Source: an uncultured virus (IMG/VR IMGVR_UViG_3300036766_000780)
Lineage: Duplodnaviria > Heunggongvirae > Uroviricota > Caudoviricetes
DNA length: 64,000 bases
Direction: 5' to 3' (one strand)
Virus record (IMG/VR): IMGVR_UViG_3300036766_000780
The translations under genes and the position numbers were made by a program. How positions within the stretch are numbered: position 1 is the first letter of the stretch; each line of letters starts with the position of its first letter. The notes beneath the pieces were generated by a model that made no database searches, was not told where the DNA came from, and saw nothing but the letters and a program-made list of their open reading frames with translations. Positions 50,722 to 60,230 of the stretch are shown here, piece by piece.

Positions 50722-51352
50722 TTTTCATTTCCCTGTATTTTTGTTTTTCTTCTGGCGATAACTTATCGAATTTATTAGATATCCATCCTCTTTCATATTT
50801 TATATCTTCTCCTATTCCATATTCATCATAAGCTCTAATTACAGCTTCTTCTTGTAAAGAAAAGAAATCAGCACCATGTAAGGTATATAGTATTTGAGTT
50901 ATAATGGGTTTTATCACTTTATAAACACCCGATTTTGTTTTAGGTAAATCTTTAGTCGGTTCTCTAAGTTTGATAAAATCACCACATTTTAACATAGTAT
51001 GAACTAAAAGTTTATATTCTGCTTCGTTTATAGATTTATATTCAGTATTTATATCTGAAGCAAATAATTTAACCAAACCTCCTCTGCTAAACATAAATGT
51101 TTGATGCCTGTGTGTTAAAATAGAGTTAACTATAGTTCCCATTCTTATAATGTTGGGATTATCATGGCTATATAAATAGTCTAATATTTCCCTACTTTCT
51201 CCTTTAAAAACATCTATTTTACTAGTATTTTTAAGAATAAAATCATCTTTAAGGGTATTCCAAGCATCGAACATTTCTTTTTTATCCATAAATTCTCCTT
51301 GAAATAATATACCATAATATTTGATAAAAATGCAATAATTTAAAAAATACAT
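50714..51352 (-). CDS. Hypothetical protein; probable start MDKKE
   Basis: AAGGAG before the internal Met. Confidence 0.6.
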   Translation of the reverse strand: MYFLNYCIFIKYYGILFQGEFMDKKEMFDAWNTLKDDFILKNTSKIDVFKGESREILDYLYSHDNPNIIRMGTIVNSILTHRHQTFMFSRGGLVKLFASDINTEYKSINEAEYKLLVHTMLKCGDFIKLREPTKDLPKTKSGVYKVIKPIITQILYTLHGADFFSLQEEAVIRAYDEYGIGEDIKYERGWISNKFDKLSPEEKQKYREMKND

Positions 51353-51581
51353 AAAAAAATCCCGTCAAAATTTAAAAAAAGCCTGTATTAGTATTTGTAT
51401 TAATAGTTATATTAATGTTAATATTGGTATTTATATTCGTCTGGAATCCAACTTTAACTTCTTTTTTAAATCTAAATCCTAAAACCAAATCCAAAAACCT
51501 TAATTCTGAGGAATACTTTTCTTACTTGAAAAGAACATTCGTGAGACATTCAAGTGACGCCGCTTTTTTAACCGCTTAAAA

Positions 51582-51643
51582 AATAAAGATAAGGAAAATT
51601 GAAAAGAGCTTTTTCTTTCTTTTCAATTTTCCCTATCTTTATT
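51582..51643. repeat. 26-bp inverted repeat (1 mismatch, 10-nt loop)
   Basis: AATAAAGATAAGGAAAATTGAAAAGA at 51582-51607 versus 51618-51643. Confidence 0.9.
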
Positions 51644-51811
51644 GTAGCTCAATTTGAACCTAGCTTATGGTTGTTTTGAACCTAGTGCATGGGTCATGAG
51701 TCTATATTTGATCTAATACGGAATAAAAAGACCAAATATGGATTTATTGCTTAAATAACCACAAAAGACTAAAATACATATTTTTATGGTATTATAGGCA
51801 AAGGAGATCAA

Positions 51812-52303
51812 ATGTCAGAAAAAATACAACTTAATGGATCAACAGCTTCATTTAGTATCAATGAGATAGGAGAGTCATCGGGACAAACCTATATGGGTAA
51901 CTTTAAAGTAAGGTGTATCCTATCGCCCATAGATAGGCTAAATATTGATAAAACTTATCGTGAATTGATTGGTAAAGATAATCCATATATGGCGGCTCAG
52001 GAAGCTTTAGACATTGCTTTTGCGCTTTCTCAGTTAAAATACAGGATAATTGATTTTCCGGCGTTCTGGCAGGGTTTCCCTATTGATGGAGGACACGTAG
52101 ACCTTAACATAGTTATGAACGTTTTAAATCAATCTGTGGATGCGGAGGAGGCATTTAAAAAAGAACATACAGAACGTTTAAAGCAAATCCAAGAGAAATT
52201 AACAGAAAAGATCAAAAAAAGAGAAATAGTTCCAGAGGTTGAAGAAAAAGAAGAATCTGAAGTAAATGAAGAAGAAATTCCAACATTAAACCTGGATGAA
52301 TAG
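51812..52303 (+). CDS. Putative tail assembly chaperone
   Basis: Y.G.F.V...S..D motif and P.FW; upstream of the tape measure gene. Confidence 0.6.
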   Translation: MSEKIQLNGSTASFSINEIGESSGQTYMGNFKVRCILSPIDRLNIDKTYRELIGKDNPYMAAQEALDIAFALSQLKYRIIDFPAFWQGFPIDGGHVDLNIVMNVLNQSVDAEEAFKKEHTERLKQIQEKLTEKIKKREIVPEVEEKEESEVNEEEIPTLNLDE

Positions 52304-52752
52304 TGAAAGATTTTGATATTTATCTTTTAAAACAAACCGAGGCTATTTCTGATCGGTTAAATAATTCAGATATATTATTTTATCGTAAAATATGTCGTTG
52401 GTATAGTCGTACATTTTTTACTCCGCTCCATATGGTTATGGATGGTCAGACCATTCCTTGGGATATAGTCTTACAACATTACTATGATAATAACATAGAA
52501 AGATTATCTTACAATGAAGTTTTAGAACTAGCTAAAAGAGAATACTTGCCCGGTTTAAAAGAAGAAGTAGAGAAAGAAGATGAAGAGTTGGATAAAGAAT
52601 TAGAAAAAGAACAGGAAGAAAATATAAAGAAACATAAACCCAAACAAAAACAAATAGTTACAAATGATACAGAAATATCGCAATCTTTAAATGACAATGA
52701 AAGTCAACCTTTAAATGAACCAAAAGAGATGCGACTTAATTTTGAAGATTAA
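52303..52752 (+). CDS. Putative second tail assembly chaperone
   Basis: RWYSRTF.TP; between the chaperone and tape measure genes. Confidence 0.5.
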   Translation: MKDFDIYLLKQTEAISDRLNNSDILFYRKICRWYSRTFFTPLHMVMDGQTIPWDIVLQHYYDNNIERLSYNEVLELAKREYLPGLKEEVEKEDEELDKELEKEQEENIKKHKPKQKQIVTNDTEISQSLNDNESQPLNEPKEMRLNFED

Positions 52753-52859
52753 TGATATCAAACTCTAACTAGTCCAAAAGACATGAGTAAGATATTGTCA
52801 GTAAGATTTTTATCCTAAATAATCCAGAAAAACATCATGAAATAAACTAAGGCAAGCCT

Positions 52860-55364
52860 TTGGCAGATAATAAAGAAATCAGGATCAAGGCTATCATAGA
52901 TACGGCAGACCTTGACGCACAAATAAGTCGTATCAAGCAAAAGATGACTCAAGCCACCTCAAGCGCACAAACGCTTCAAAGAGGTCAATCTATCGGTGCG
53001 TTTTCTCCTCAAACTCAAGCTTTGTTCGCCGGACAAGCTCAAAAATCATTCCATCAGTTACGTGAAGAATTCAACCTTTCCGAAAGACAATCAAGAAACA
53101 TGGAAAAAGACATTAGAAATATAACTTCTAGGGCTAATTCCATGAAAGACATAGCCACTAAAGAAAAAGAAGTTAATAAACTATTAGAAGATCGTGAAAA
53201 AATAGAAAATAGATTGATGCATATTAAAAAAGCTCAGGTTGGGTTTTTAGAACAAGCCAAGACTATTGATCCTAACTTATCTGGTTTTAGGATGGCTGGT
53301 GGAACACAGGGTCCAGAAGCCTTAGCTGGTGGAGGTAACTTTAACATAGGTAGGATGCAAAACTATCGTGGTTTTAGAGGCATGGGATTTGGTCAGGGAT
53401 CATCTAGGTTGTTAAGTTCAATGGGCGGTCCCATTGGCGTTTTAGGAGGTTTAGGAGCAGTTGCTAGTACTGGTGCTAACATAGGAATGTCAGTAGCAGA
53501 TGAACTAGCTGAAAGACAGAGAAACATAGCTATGGCGCAAGGTTCTGCTATGAGTATGGCTGCTACGCCGTTAAGACAACAAATGGCTGGTAGAGGATAT
53601 GAAGCTGCTATTTTTGCACCTGAAAGAGAAAGGGCGTTTGACACCGTTGGTAAGGAAATGGAGAGTAGGAGAGCTAGAGATATAACCAGAGGATTAAAAG
53701 ATGCAGTTTCCGAAGGACTCTCCCAAGGTTTTAAATTCGCAATAGCCGGAGCGGCTGGTGGAGCCTTAGCTGGTGGAGTTGGAGCAGGTCCTGGAGCTAT
53801 CGGCGGTGGATTACTAGGTTTTGGTATGGGTGCCTTTGGTAAGATGGCTGATAAAGGTTTCCGTGGTGCTTTATTTAACACACAAGAATATAAAGCAGGA
53901 TTAACAAGAGAAGGATTTGAAAAACAACAACAACTAGAACAAGCTTACAAACTCTTAAACATGGATAAAACTTTAGGTTTTGAAGAGTTACAGCAAAATA
54001 TGGGATTTTACAAAGGATTTGGTAGAACTTTTGGAACAAGTAGACCGACCACTAGAGGTGGATTGTTAGGCGGCATATTAGGTGCTGGTGTTAGCAGAGA
54101 AAGCGGTACGGATATTGCTACTCAGATGATGGGCGCATCAGGTATGACAACAGGTCCCGGTCAAGTTGGTGATATAAAACAAGCTTTTATGTTAGGACAG
54201 GGCGGAATGACAAATGCCGGTACTGTTGTTGGTCGTATGCGTGGGTTAATGGGCGGCATGACAACTCAAGGTATTGACGAGGCGATGAGGCGACTTTTTT
54301 CTGAAGCTATGAAAGCAGGGATCAACGATTCTAAAATGGTTGAGGAAATGCGTAAATTTACAGACGTCACCTCAGACTTAGCTTATAGACAAGGTGGATC
54401 TGACATAGCTAACGTTGCGTCAGAGTTTGGAAGAGGAATGATAGGAACTGGCGGTAGAGATATACAAGCAGCAGGAGCTGCCTATCAGATGAGAAATCAA
54501 GAAACTGGAAAATTAGGTGGATTGGAAGGAGCAATGAAATTCGCTTTTTCCGGTTCTACAGAAGGTAAGGAAATATTAGGAGGATTGTCGGGAAACTTTG
54601 AAGACACTTCTGCTTTTTTAGGATTAAACGTAGCAAATCTAGACCCAGGAAATCCACAAGTTAAGTATTTAATGAGTAAGATGGGAATAACTGATTTTGG
54701 GGAGTTTAAGGGTAGATGGCGTAAAGCACAAACATCTTCAACTAGTCCGAGAGGTGGAACTAGAGAATTAATGACAAAACTTGGCGGATTAACGAGTGGA
54801 CAAGATTTCAAAGCAGCGGTTGGAGGCGGCGGAGAAGCTCAAGACGTTTACGGACAATTAATTGGAGCGTTGGGAGTTGAAAGAGGCGAAGGATTTAGAA
54901 CGTTAGGTCAACGTGAACAAGAATCTTACATCCGTTCTTTAGTAACCGGAGAAACTCCAGCGGATCAAGTTGGCGGAGCCGGATTAAAATCGGCTTTTGA
55001 ACAACGTGGTGCAGAGAGTCCGTTTACTAAATTAGAAGCAGCTACCGCAGCGGATCAGCGAGAATCAATGGGAAGATTAGATGATAATATCGACCAATTT
55101 GCTAAGGCTGCTGAAAATTCAGCGAGAGGTGCTGGCGAAGTTAACAAAGCTATGGAATTATTTAAAGGATCAATAGGACTCGGAGTGGAGTCTATGAATA
55201 TATTAAGAGACGCAATGGTAGCTATTCGTGAATACTCGCAAGGAGGAGATAAAGCTTCTCTTGACGCTAAATTAAAAGCCTTACAAAGCAAGATGACGGA
55301 TCAACCTATAACTACTGGTAATAGTTCTTCATCTATATTCCAGAGAATAATGTCAGGTAGATAA
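52860..55364 (+). CDS. Tape measure protein
   Basis: N-terminal IRIKAIIDT, coiled coil, G/A-rich hydrophobic repeats; TTG start. Confidence 0.75.
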   Translation: MADNKEIRIKAIIDTADLDAQISRIKQKMTQATSSAQTLQRGQSIGAFSPQTQALFAGQAQKSFHQLREEFNLSERQSRNMEKDIRNITSRANSMKDIATKEKEVNKLLEDREKIENRLMHIKKAQVGFLEQAKTIDPNLSGFRMAGGTQGPEALAGGGNFNIGRMQNYRGFRGMGFGQGSSRLLSSMGGPIGVLGGLGAVASTGANIGMSVADELAERQRNIAMAQGSAMSMAATPLRQQMAGRGYEAAIFAPERERAFDTVGKEMESRRARDITRGLKDAVSEGLSQGFKFAIAGAAGGALAGGVGAGPGAIGGGLLGFGMGAFGKMADKGFRGALFNTQEYKAGLTREGFEKQQQLEQAYKLLNMDKTLGFEELQQNMGFYKGFGRTFGTSRPTTRGGLLGGILGAGVSRESGTDIATQMMGASGMTTGPGQVGDIKQAFMLGQGGMTNAGTVVGRMRGLMGGMTTQGIDEAMRRLFSEAMKAGINDSKMVEEMRKFTDVTSDLAYRQGGSDIANVASEFGRGMIGTGGRDIQAAGAAYQMRNQETGKLGGLEGAMKFAFSGSTEGKEILGGLSGNFEDTSAFLGLNVANLDPGNPQVKYLMSKMGITDFGEFKGRWRKAQTSSTSPRGGTRELMTKLGGLTSGQDFKAAVGGGGEAQDVYGQLIGALGVERGEGFRTLGQREQESYIRSLVTGETPADQVGGAGLKSAFEQRGAESPFTKLEAATAADQRESMGRLDDNIDQFAKAAENSARGAGEVNKAMELFKGSIGLGVESMNILRDAMVAIREYSQGGDKASLDAKLKALQSKMTDQPITTGNSSSSIFQRIMSGR

Positions 55365-57283
55365 TGTCTGATTCACCATTTACACAATCAATTAGAAAAA
55401 ACACAGAAGATTCGCATCAAGCGAGTCCGGCATATGTTATTACTTTTGTTAGATGGGCAAATAGAGATCCGGTAAATTATCAAGATCCACAAAACCCAAA
55501 CACAGACCCAACACAACAAGTTAGAGAACCCTTAGTTGTTATAAACGATTGTATCAGTTTAAACGCAGGTAATTCTAAATCAGGATTAAGTTCTAGTTGT
55601 ACAGCAACTTTGTTAGCTGGTGAGATTAATTATTCTACCGCCGTTCATCCGGGCGATTACATGATAGTTAATATGTTAAACTATGAATCAGATGCGGTTA
55701 AGGTAGCTCAAAAAGCTTTAGCACAACATCCGATAAATAAATACGAAGATGGCTTTAAGGGTGTCTATAAGATACAGAAAGTTAGAAGACGTTTAGTCGT
55801 TAATCCAGAGAGCGGCGTTAAACAGGTAGCTTATACTGTTCACGCTTTTGGCTTTACAGAGTTAAACACTGTAATATATTACAATCCAGCCATATCTGAA
55901 AAATTTGCTAATTCTGATGTTCTATTTATAGCACAGTTTGCTGATTTTTGGAATCAATTCGCTACTTCTAAAGATAACACTAGGAAAGTACAAATAGTGT
56001 TGAAATACTTAATTCAGGCTATATTAGGCAAAGGAATAAATAGAAACGATTTTACTATTCCAGCTACACAAAATAATCAATTCATAATTCCTCAATTGTT
56101 AGGTAAATTACTTAACCGACCAATATCTAAAGTTGCTACTGATATTTACAATTTCTATTTTGGTATATGGAGTTTGGCAACCGGATCTACAAACGAAACC
56201 CCAGGACAAAACTTTAACAGTATGTTTGAACAGTGGGATCAAGATAGTAATTTTTACAGAGTTAAGGGCAATAGAGAAATGCAAGGATGGCGTTTATTAG
56301 CTGCTGAGAATTGGAACTTTAAGCAGATATGGTCTATATTAAGTTCTTACCTTAACGGTGCGATAAATGAAATGTACACAACTTATAGAGTTGGTCCTGA
56401 CAATTTTGTTTATCCATCTATAATAGCCAGACAAAAGCCTTTTAGCTCGGATCACTTTTTAAATCCAAATAGAATTAATAACGTAGATAATTTACCAGCA
56501 GTTAACACAACTCATACTAAATTTTCTTCTTTACCTAGATGGAGGATTTCTCCTGATTTATTGTATGATATTGACTTAGGTAAAGACGAAGCATCTAGAG
56601 TTAATTTTGTACAAGTTTTTGGTCGCAGTATAGCGGCTTCTGATCAAGAGAATCAAGCATCTCAGATAGGGCTTGGTAACTTTTTCTTTAATCCTATAGA
56701 CGTTAAAAGACACGGATTAAAACCTTCAGTTATAACAACTGAGTTTGATTTCCCTGGCGGAACTGGTGAAAACGTCAAACAATCAAGAGCTTGGGCTTAC
56801 TTATTGTTTGATATGATGTATGCTGGAGAGTTAAGAGAATCTGGGACTTTAACTTTTTACGGGATACAAGATCCTATTTCTGTTGGCGATAATATAGAAT
56901 TTGACAATAACATATATCACATAGAATCAATAAACCATATATTTCAAATAGCACCAGACGGCAAGAAGTTTTTTAGAACTTCATTAACTTTATCTTTTGG
57001 CACTAGTCTTGATAGTGATGATACGGCTCCTGTTTATCCTCAAATGGAAAACACATTTGCAGACAACGAAAGAGCTGATGATTACACTAACGAAAGAATA
57101 TTGCCAGGGAATTCAGACACTCAAGATATTCCATATGATTCTACTAGAAAATATGGTGAAAAAATTAGAGACGGTGTTGATAAATCGTTTACGTTGGATG
57201 AAAACGTTAAGCCTAGAATTTCTAGTATAGAATATCAAGATGACGGAAGCAGCGATAATAAGAAAAAGAAAGGTAAGAAGTAA
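55364..57283 (+). CDS. Baseplate hub protein
   Basis: C-terminal SGTLTFYG...ISVG...YHIESINH.F...T.LTL pattern. Confidence 0.72.
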   Translation: MSDSPFTQSIRKNTEDSHQASPAYVITFVRWANRDPVNYQDPQNPNTDPTQQVREPLVVINDCISLNAGNSKSGLSSSCTATLLAGEINYSTAVHPGDYMIVNMLNYESDAVKVAQKALAQHPINKYEDGFKGVYKIQKVRRRLVVNPESGVKQVAYTVHAFGFTELNTVIYYNPAISEKFANSDVLFIAQFADFWNQFATSKDNTRKVQIVLKYLIQAILGKGINRNDFTIPATQNNQFIIPQLLGKLLNRPISKVATDIYNFYFGIWSLATGSTNETPGQNFNSMFEQWDQDSNFYRVKGNREMQGWRLLAAENWNFKQIWSILSSYLNGAINEMYTTYRVGPDNFVYPSIIARQKPFSSDHFLNPNRINNVDNLPAVNTTHTKFSSLPRWRISPDLLYDIDLGKDEASRVNFVQVFGRSIAASDQENQASQIGLGNFFFNPIDVKRHGLKPSVITTEFDFPGGTGENVKQSRAWAYLLFDMMYAGELRESGTLTFYGIQDPISVGDNIEFDNNIYHIESINHIFQIAPDGKKFFRTSLTLSFGTSLDSDDTAPVYPQMENTFADNERADDYTNERILPGNSDTQDIPYDSTRKYGEKIRDGVDKSFTLDENVKPRISSIEYQDDGSSDNKKKKGKK

Positions 57284-58335
57284 TGTTTGATAACGACGAT
57301 TATAATCCAATACTGCCTTCTTCTTTGTTAGCCTTCGATCATGACGGAGTTACAGATGCTTATAAGAACTCTAAGTCTAATTTTTCCTTAAAAACCGGAA
57401 TAGTTATAAAGAGTTACGATACTAATGATCCACAAAACGTATCTGGTGTTGCGGTTGAGTATGACGTTTTAACTATTGATCAGAGTAAGGATCATGGAAC
57501 ATCAGGTGTTATTTACAAGAAATGTCTTTCTGTTGATGGCTTTGGCGGACTCTCCGACTTTATGGAAGCAAAACTAAGACCTGCGTCTGATAAGAAAGTC
57601 ATAAAAGACGCAGAAATAGGCAATAGTGATGGCGCAATAGTTATGCTTCTATGTATCAACGGAATAGAGGATAGAGGCGTTATAATAGGCTCACTAAAGC
57701 ATCCAGGCAGAAAAACAAGATTAGATAAGGAAGCTGGACTTCACCTTGAGGGAGAGTATAACGGCTTAAATTGGAAGATAGACAAAGATGGTGCGTTAGC
57801 GGTTACTTTTAGATCTGCTACAGATTCTAAGGGTAAGGCTTCTGATGAGAAATCGGGTGGATCTAATTTTAAGATAGAGAAAGACGGATCTATAGAATTA
57901 AACGATAATAACAAAGAAAAGATAAGAATTGATAAAACTAATAAAACAGTTACTATAAATGCTGAGAAAGATATATCAAACACTACAGAGGGTAACTTTA
58001 ACGTAACTGCTAAACAATCAACGAATGTAACGACTACAAAAGATATATTAATGGCAGCATCAGGTAATTGTAAACTTACTAGTCAGGGAGATTTTACTGT
58101 TGAAGCACAGGCGTCAGGCAACTTAAAAGCTAGTTCTTGGAACATTAAGGCTGATGATTTTATTGAAGCCAGAGCTGGAAGTATTAGATTAAGTTCATCT
58201 CAAGTAATGGTCGGACAAGGTGGAACACCAGCGGTTATAAACTCAACGCAAGTTCTTACGTTTGTTCCTCCTGGAATTCCTTCTATTGGGATTATGATTG
58301 GACCTTTTAGCGGATCTGTTTTTATTGCGAATTAA
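57283..58335 (+). CDS. Baseplate spike (gpV/gp5-like)
   Basis: OB-fold-like N-terminus (VMLLCING...GVIIG) followed by beta-helix repeats. Confidence 0.72.
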   Translation: MFDNDDYNPILPSSLLAFDHDGVTDAYKNSKSNFSLKTGIVIKSYDTNDPQNVSGVAVEYDVLTIDQSKDHGTSGVIYKKCLSVDGFGGLSDFMEAKLRPASDKKVIKDAEIGNSDGAIVMLLCINGIEDRGVIIGSLKHPGRKTRLDKEAGLHLEGEYNGLNWKIDKDGALAVTFRSATDSKGKASDEKSGGSNFKIEKDGSIELNDNNKEKIRIDKTNKTVTINAEKDISNTTEGNFNVTAKQSTNVTTTKDILMAASGNCKLTSQGDFTVEAQASGNLKASSWNIKADDFIEARAGSIRLSSSQVMVGQGGTPAVINSTQVLTFVPPGIPSIGIMIGPFSGSVFIAN

Positions 58336-58628
58336 TCTATCATCATAATTTGAATAAATTATTTTTGAATAAATTATTAAAGAAAAATATAAAACCGTTA
58401 TTATAATGAATCTTAAATAAATATGACCGTTATTTAAAAAATCAGTAGAAGTAATAATATAAATTATAGAAATAAATAAAGAACTTATTAATCCTATAGC
58501 AATAAATATCATTAATCTTTCTTTAAATGCATCTGTTAATGTTTTAAAGTTCATAATTAATACCCATATATCAATTTTCTGCCATAATAAATAAAACACA
58601 TGACTGATCCAATATGGAACGTTTCCCA

Positions 58629-58819
58629 ATACTCTACTTTACAAGACCTCACACTACCGCACCTCTACGTTACTATACCTTACCTCACAATACCTATACT
58701 TGACGTTACCTCACATTACCTATACTTTACCTCACAATACCTATACTTGACGTTACCTCACATTACCTATACTTTACCTCACAATACCTATACTTTACTA
58801 TACGTCACAGTACCCTACC
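58629..58819 (-). ncRNA. Pentamer array of 37 NGT-NN units; candidate VIPR-like guide RNA
   Basis: Every unit has an invariant GT (16 GGT, 9 AGT, 8 TGT, 4 CGT); 31 units of 5 nt and 6 of 6 nt; begins 1 nt after the stop of a RAMP-like fragment. Confidence 0.7.
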
Positions 58820-58820
58820 A

Positions 58821-59013
58821 TTACTCAGTTAAAATGTAAGTAAAAGTTCCATATCCAGCGTTTCTCCATTGACCTAATCCTTTAAGTTGTCCGTAAGAAA
58901 GTAAAGATTCTAAAACCTCCCTAGTTAAGGGTGAATTTTTCATAACCATCAAGTTAAAAGATAAGACGCTTCCAGCAGGAACGACTTCAGATCTAGCTAA
59001 ACTAACCCGTGGC
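58821..59013 (-). pseudogene. C-terminal fragment of a solitary Cas7/RAMP-like protein
   Basis: PRVSLARSEVVPAG...LLSYGQLKGLGQWRNAGYGTF with a RAMP-type G-rich loop; in-frame TAG upstream at 59052-59054. Confidence 0.75.
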
Positions 59014-59051
59014 TTTGCAATCGGGGCATTCCGTTGGTTTGGTAAACATGG

Positions 59052-59183
59052 CTACCCTCCAAATTCGCTGTAATGCTCCTCTCGGGATGCTCCGCAACGC
59101 AAGCATGTGACCCTTAACCCAAACAGCGTCGATGTTTTCTGGGTCTTCCCGTGCCCAAACAGCCAACAAATTAGTTTTTTCAT
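59052..59183 (-). CDS. Small Zn-binding prophage-type protein (DUF1660-like, 43 aa)
   Basis: MKKLICWLFGH...CLRCG from hand translation. Confidence 0.6.
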   Translation of the reverse strand: MKKLICWLFGHGKTQKTSTLFGLRVTCLRCGASREEHYSEFGG

Positions 59184-59186
59184 GTC

Positions 59187-59459
59187 TCAGTCCTTTAGTG
59201 AGAACTTATGCCCACGAAGTTCAACATCAAGGGGTCCGAGGTCTGTGTAGCCCTGCCAGCCGCATTTCACACAGCAGTACCCATCGGCGTCGTTACAGTC
59301 GCCGTTGCGTTCCTTCTCGGTGGTGTCGCCGCACTCAGGGCACTCAAACTTTCCAGCCATGACCTCAATGAGCGCCTTGGAATAGGCTTCCGCCTCGCTA
59401 TCTTTACCTCTGAGCACCAAATCAATTACATGCTCTGTGGTGGTATTTGCCTTTCTCAT
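59187..59459 (-). CDS. Small Zn-ribbon protein in the GC-richer insert
   Basis: CPECG...CVKCG; AGGAGG RBS. Confidence 0.65.
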   Translation of the reverse strand: MRKANTTTEHVIDLVLRGKDSEAEAYSKALIEVMAGKFECPECGDTTEKERNGDCNDADGYCCVKCGWQGYTDLGPLDVELRGHKFSLKD

Positions 59460-59559
59460 AATCGGTGTCCTCCTACTAATACTTTACCAAAACCATCAAA
59501 TATTGCAAGATCTAAATGACTCACAAAGTCACAGATATGTAACTATTGATGTTTTTGAA

Positions 59560-59661
59560 CTATGTTCTTGAATTAGGCGCAACGTGGTGGGGCAGGTTGA
59601 AAGAGTTAGTTCCAAGCACGTCTCTGGTCATTGTTAAAGTTACTTTGTAGTTTTTCATCAT
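59560..59661 (-). pseudogene. N-terminal fragment of the same Cas7/RAMP-like gene
   Basis: MMKNYKVTLTMTRDVLGTN, then runs into foreign sequence and stops at 33 aa; AGGAG RBS. Confidence 0.6.
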
Positions 59662-59682
59662 AAAATTCTCCTTGTTAAGATC

Positions 59683-59711
59683 ATTATACCACATATTAAA
59701 ATAAAAGTCAA
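59683..59711 (-). promoter_or_regulatory. Sigma70 promoter of the RAMP/array locus
   Basis: TTGACT, 17 nt, TATAAT with an extended TG. Confidence 0.8.
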
Positions 59712-59874
59712 ATAAAGTGGGCTTTCCACCCACATCGCTGGTTTGTCGGCTCTATAAACGTAGCCGCACCGTCTTTTAAGCTGTTTTACAGCACCATTAC
59801 TGGCAAGTTTCCACAGACTATTGGTTACATGGCATGACATAGAGAATTGGTGTGATAACCTTAGCCATGTAACC

Positions 59875-60228
59875 TCATTTTATGTATTCACTTATTCCAA
59901 CTAATCTACCATAACACCTAGTTGAGCATAATGGATAATTACCAGCAAATTGAACGTCTTCCTCTTTCATTTCCTTACCACACTCTTCACAATAAACAAT
60001 ACCATCAAATTCTACATATTCACCAGTAATTCCTCCTGAAGGAAACTGTTTAGCTGTTGGATCAATTATATCACCATTTTTATTAACTGTCCACCAATGC
60101 CCTTGTTCACCCCAAAAAGGACAATAATAAAATCCTCTAACAAGTCTTAAGGTAGGATCATTCTTAACAAGTTCTTCGCTCATTTCCTTACACTTGCCAC
60201 GATATTTCATATAGTTAGATTGAGTCAT
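59875..60228 (-). CDS. Papain/transglutaminase-like protein with a C-terminal Zn finger
   Basis: GKC...GHWW...IDPT triad-like pattern; CEEC...CSTRC. Confidence 0.6.
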   Translation of the reverse strand: MTQSNYMKYRGKCKEMSEELVKNDPTLRLVRGFYYCPFWGEQGHWWTVNKNGDIIDPTAKQFPSGGITGEYVEFDGIVYCEECGKEMKEEDVQFAGNYPLCSTRCYGRLVGISEYIK

Positions 60229-60230
60229 AG

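Noticed and set aside
51380..51470. Remnant replication-initiator gene (TNINTNIN reading on the minus strand)
   Set aside because: The frame is short and closed by stops; treated as non-coding repeats.
51812..52752. Programmed frameshift between the tail chaperone genes
   Set aside because: I found no convincing in-frame slippery heptamer near the junction; the overlapping TAG/GTG fits translational coupling.
53393..55291. Antisense ORFs in the tape measure gene, and similar ones in groEL, AAA, scaffold and fibre genes
   Set aside because: Shadow ORFs opposite well-supported genes.
58243..58629. 128-aa minus-strand ORF as listed
   Set aside because: The listed start lies in the array's terminal hairpin and the 3' end overlaps the spike gene; a shorter membrane ORF from MNFK is possible but unsupported.
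58629..58819. CRISPR array
   Set aside because: No constant 25-45 nt repeats separated by unique spacers; the period is 5 nt.
58600..58839. 79-aa plus-strand ORF (LTLPHLYVTIPYL...)
   Set aside because: It is the antisense translation of the pentamer array; no RBS, and the local promoter and gene point the other way.
59132..59519. Plus-strand ORFs in the GC-richer insert
   Set aside because: The minus-strand ORFs have the RBSs and Zn motifs; the plus-strand frames are open because of higher GC.
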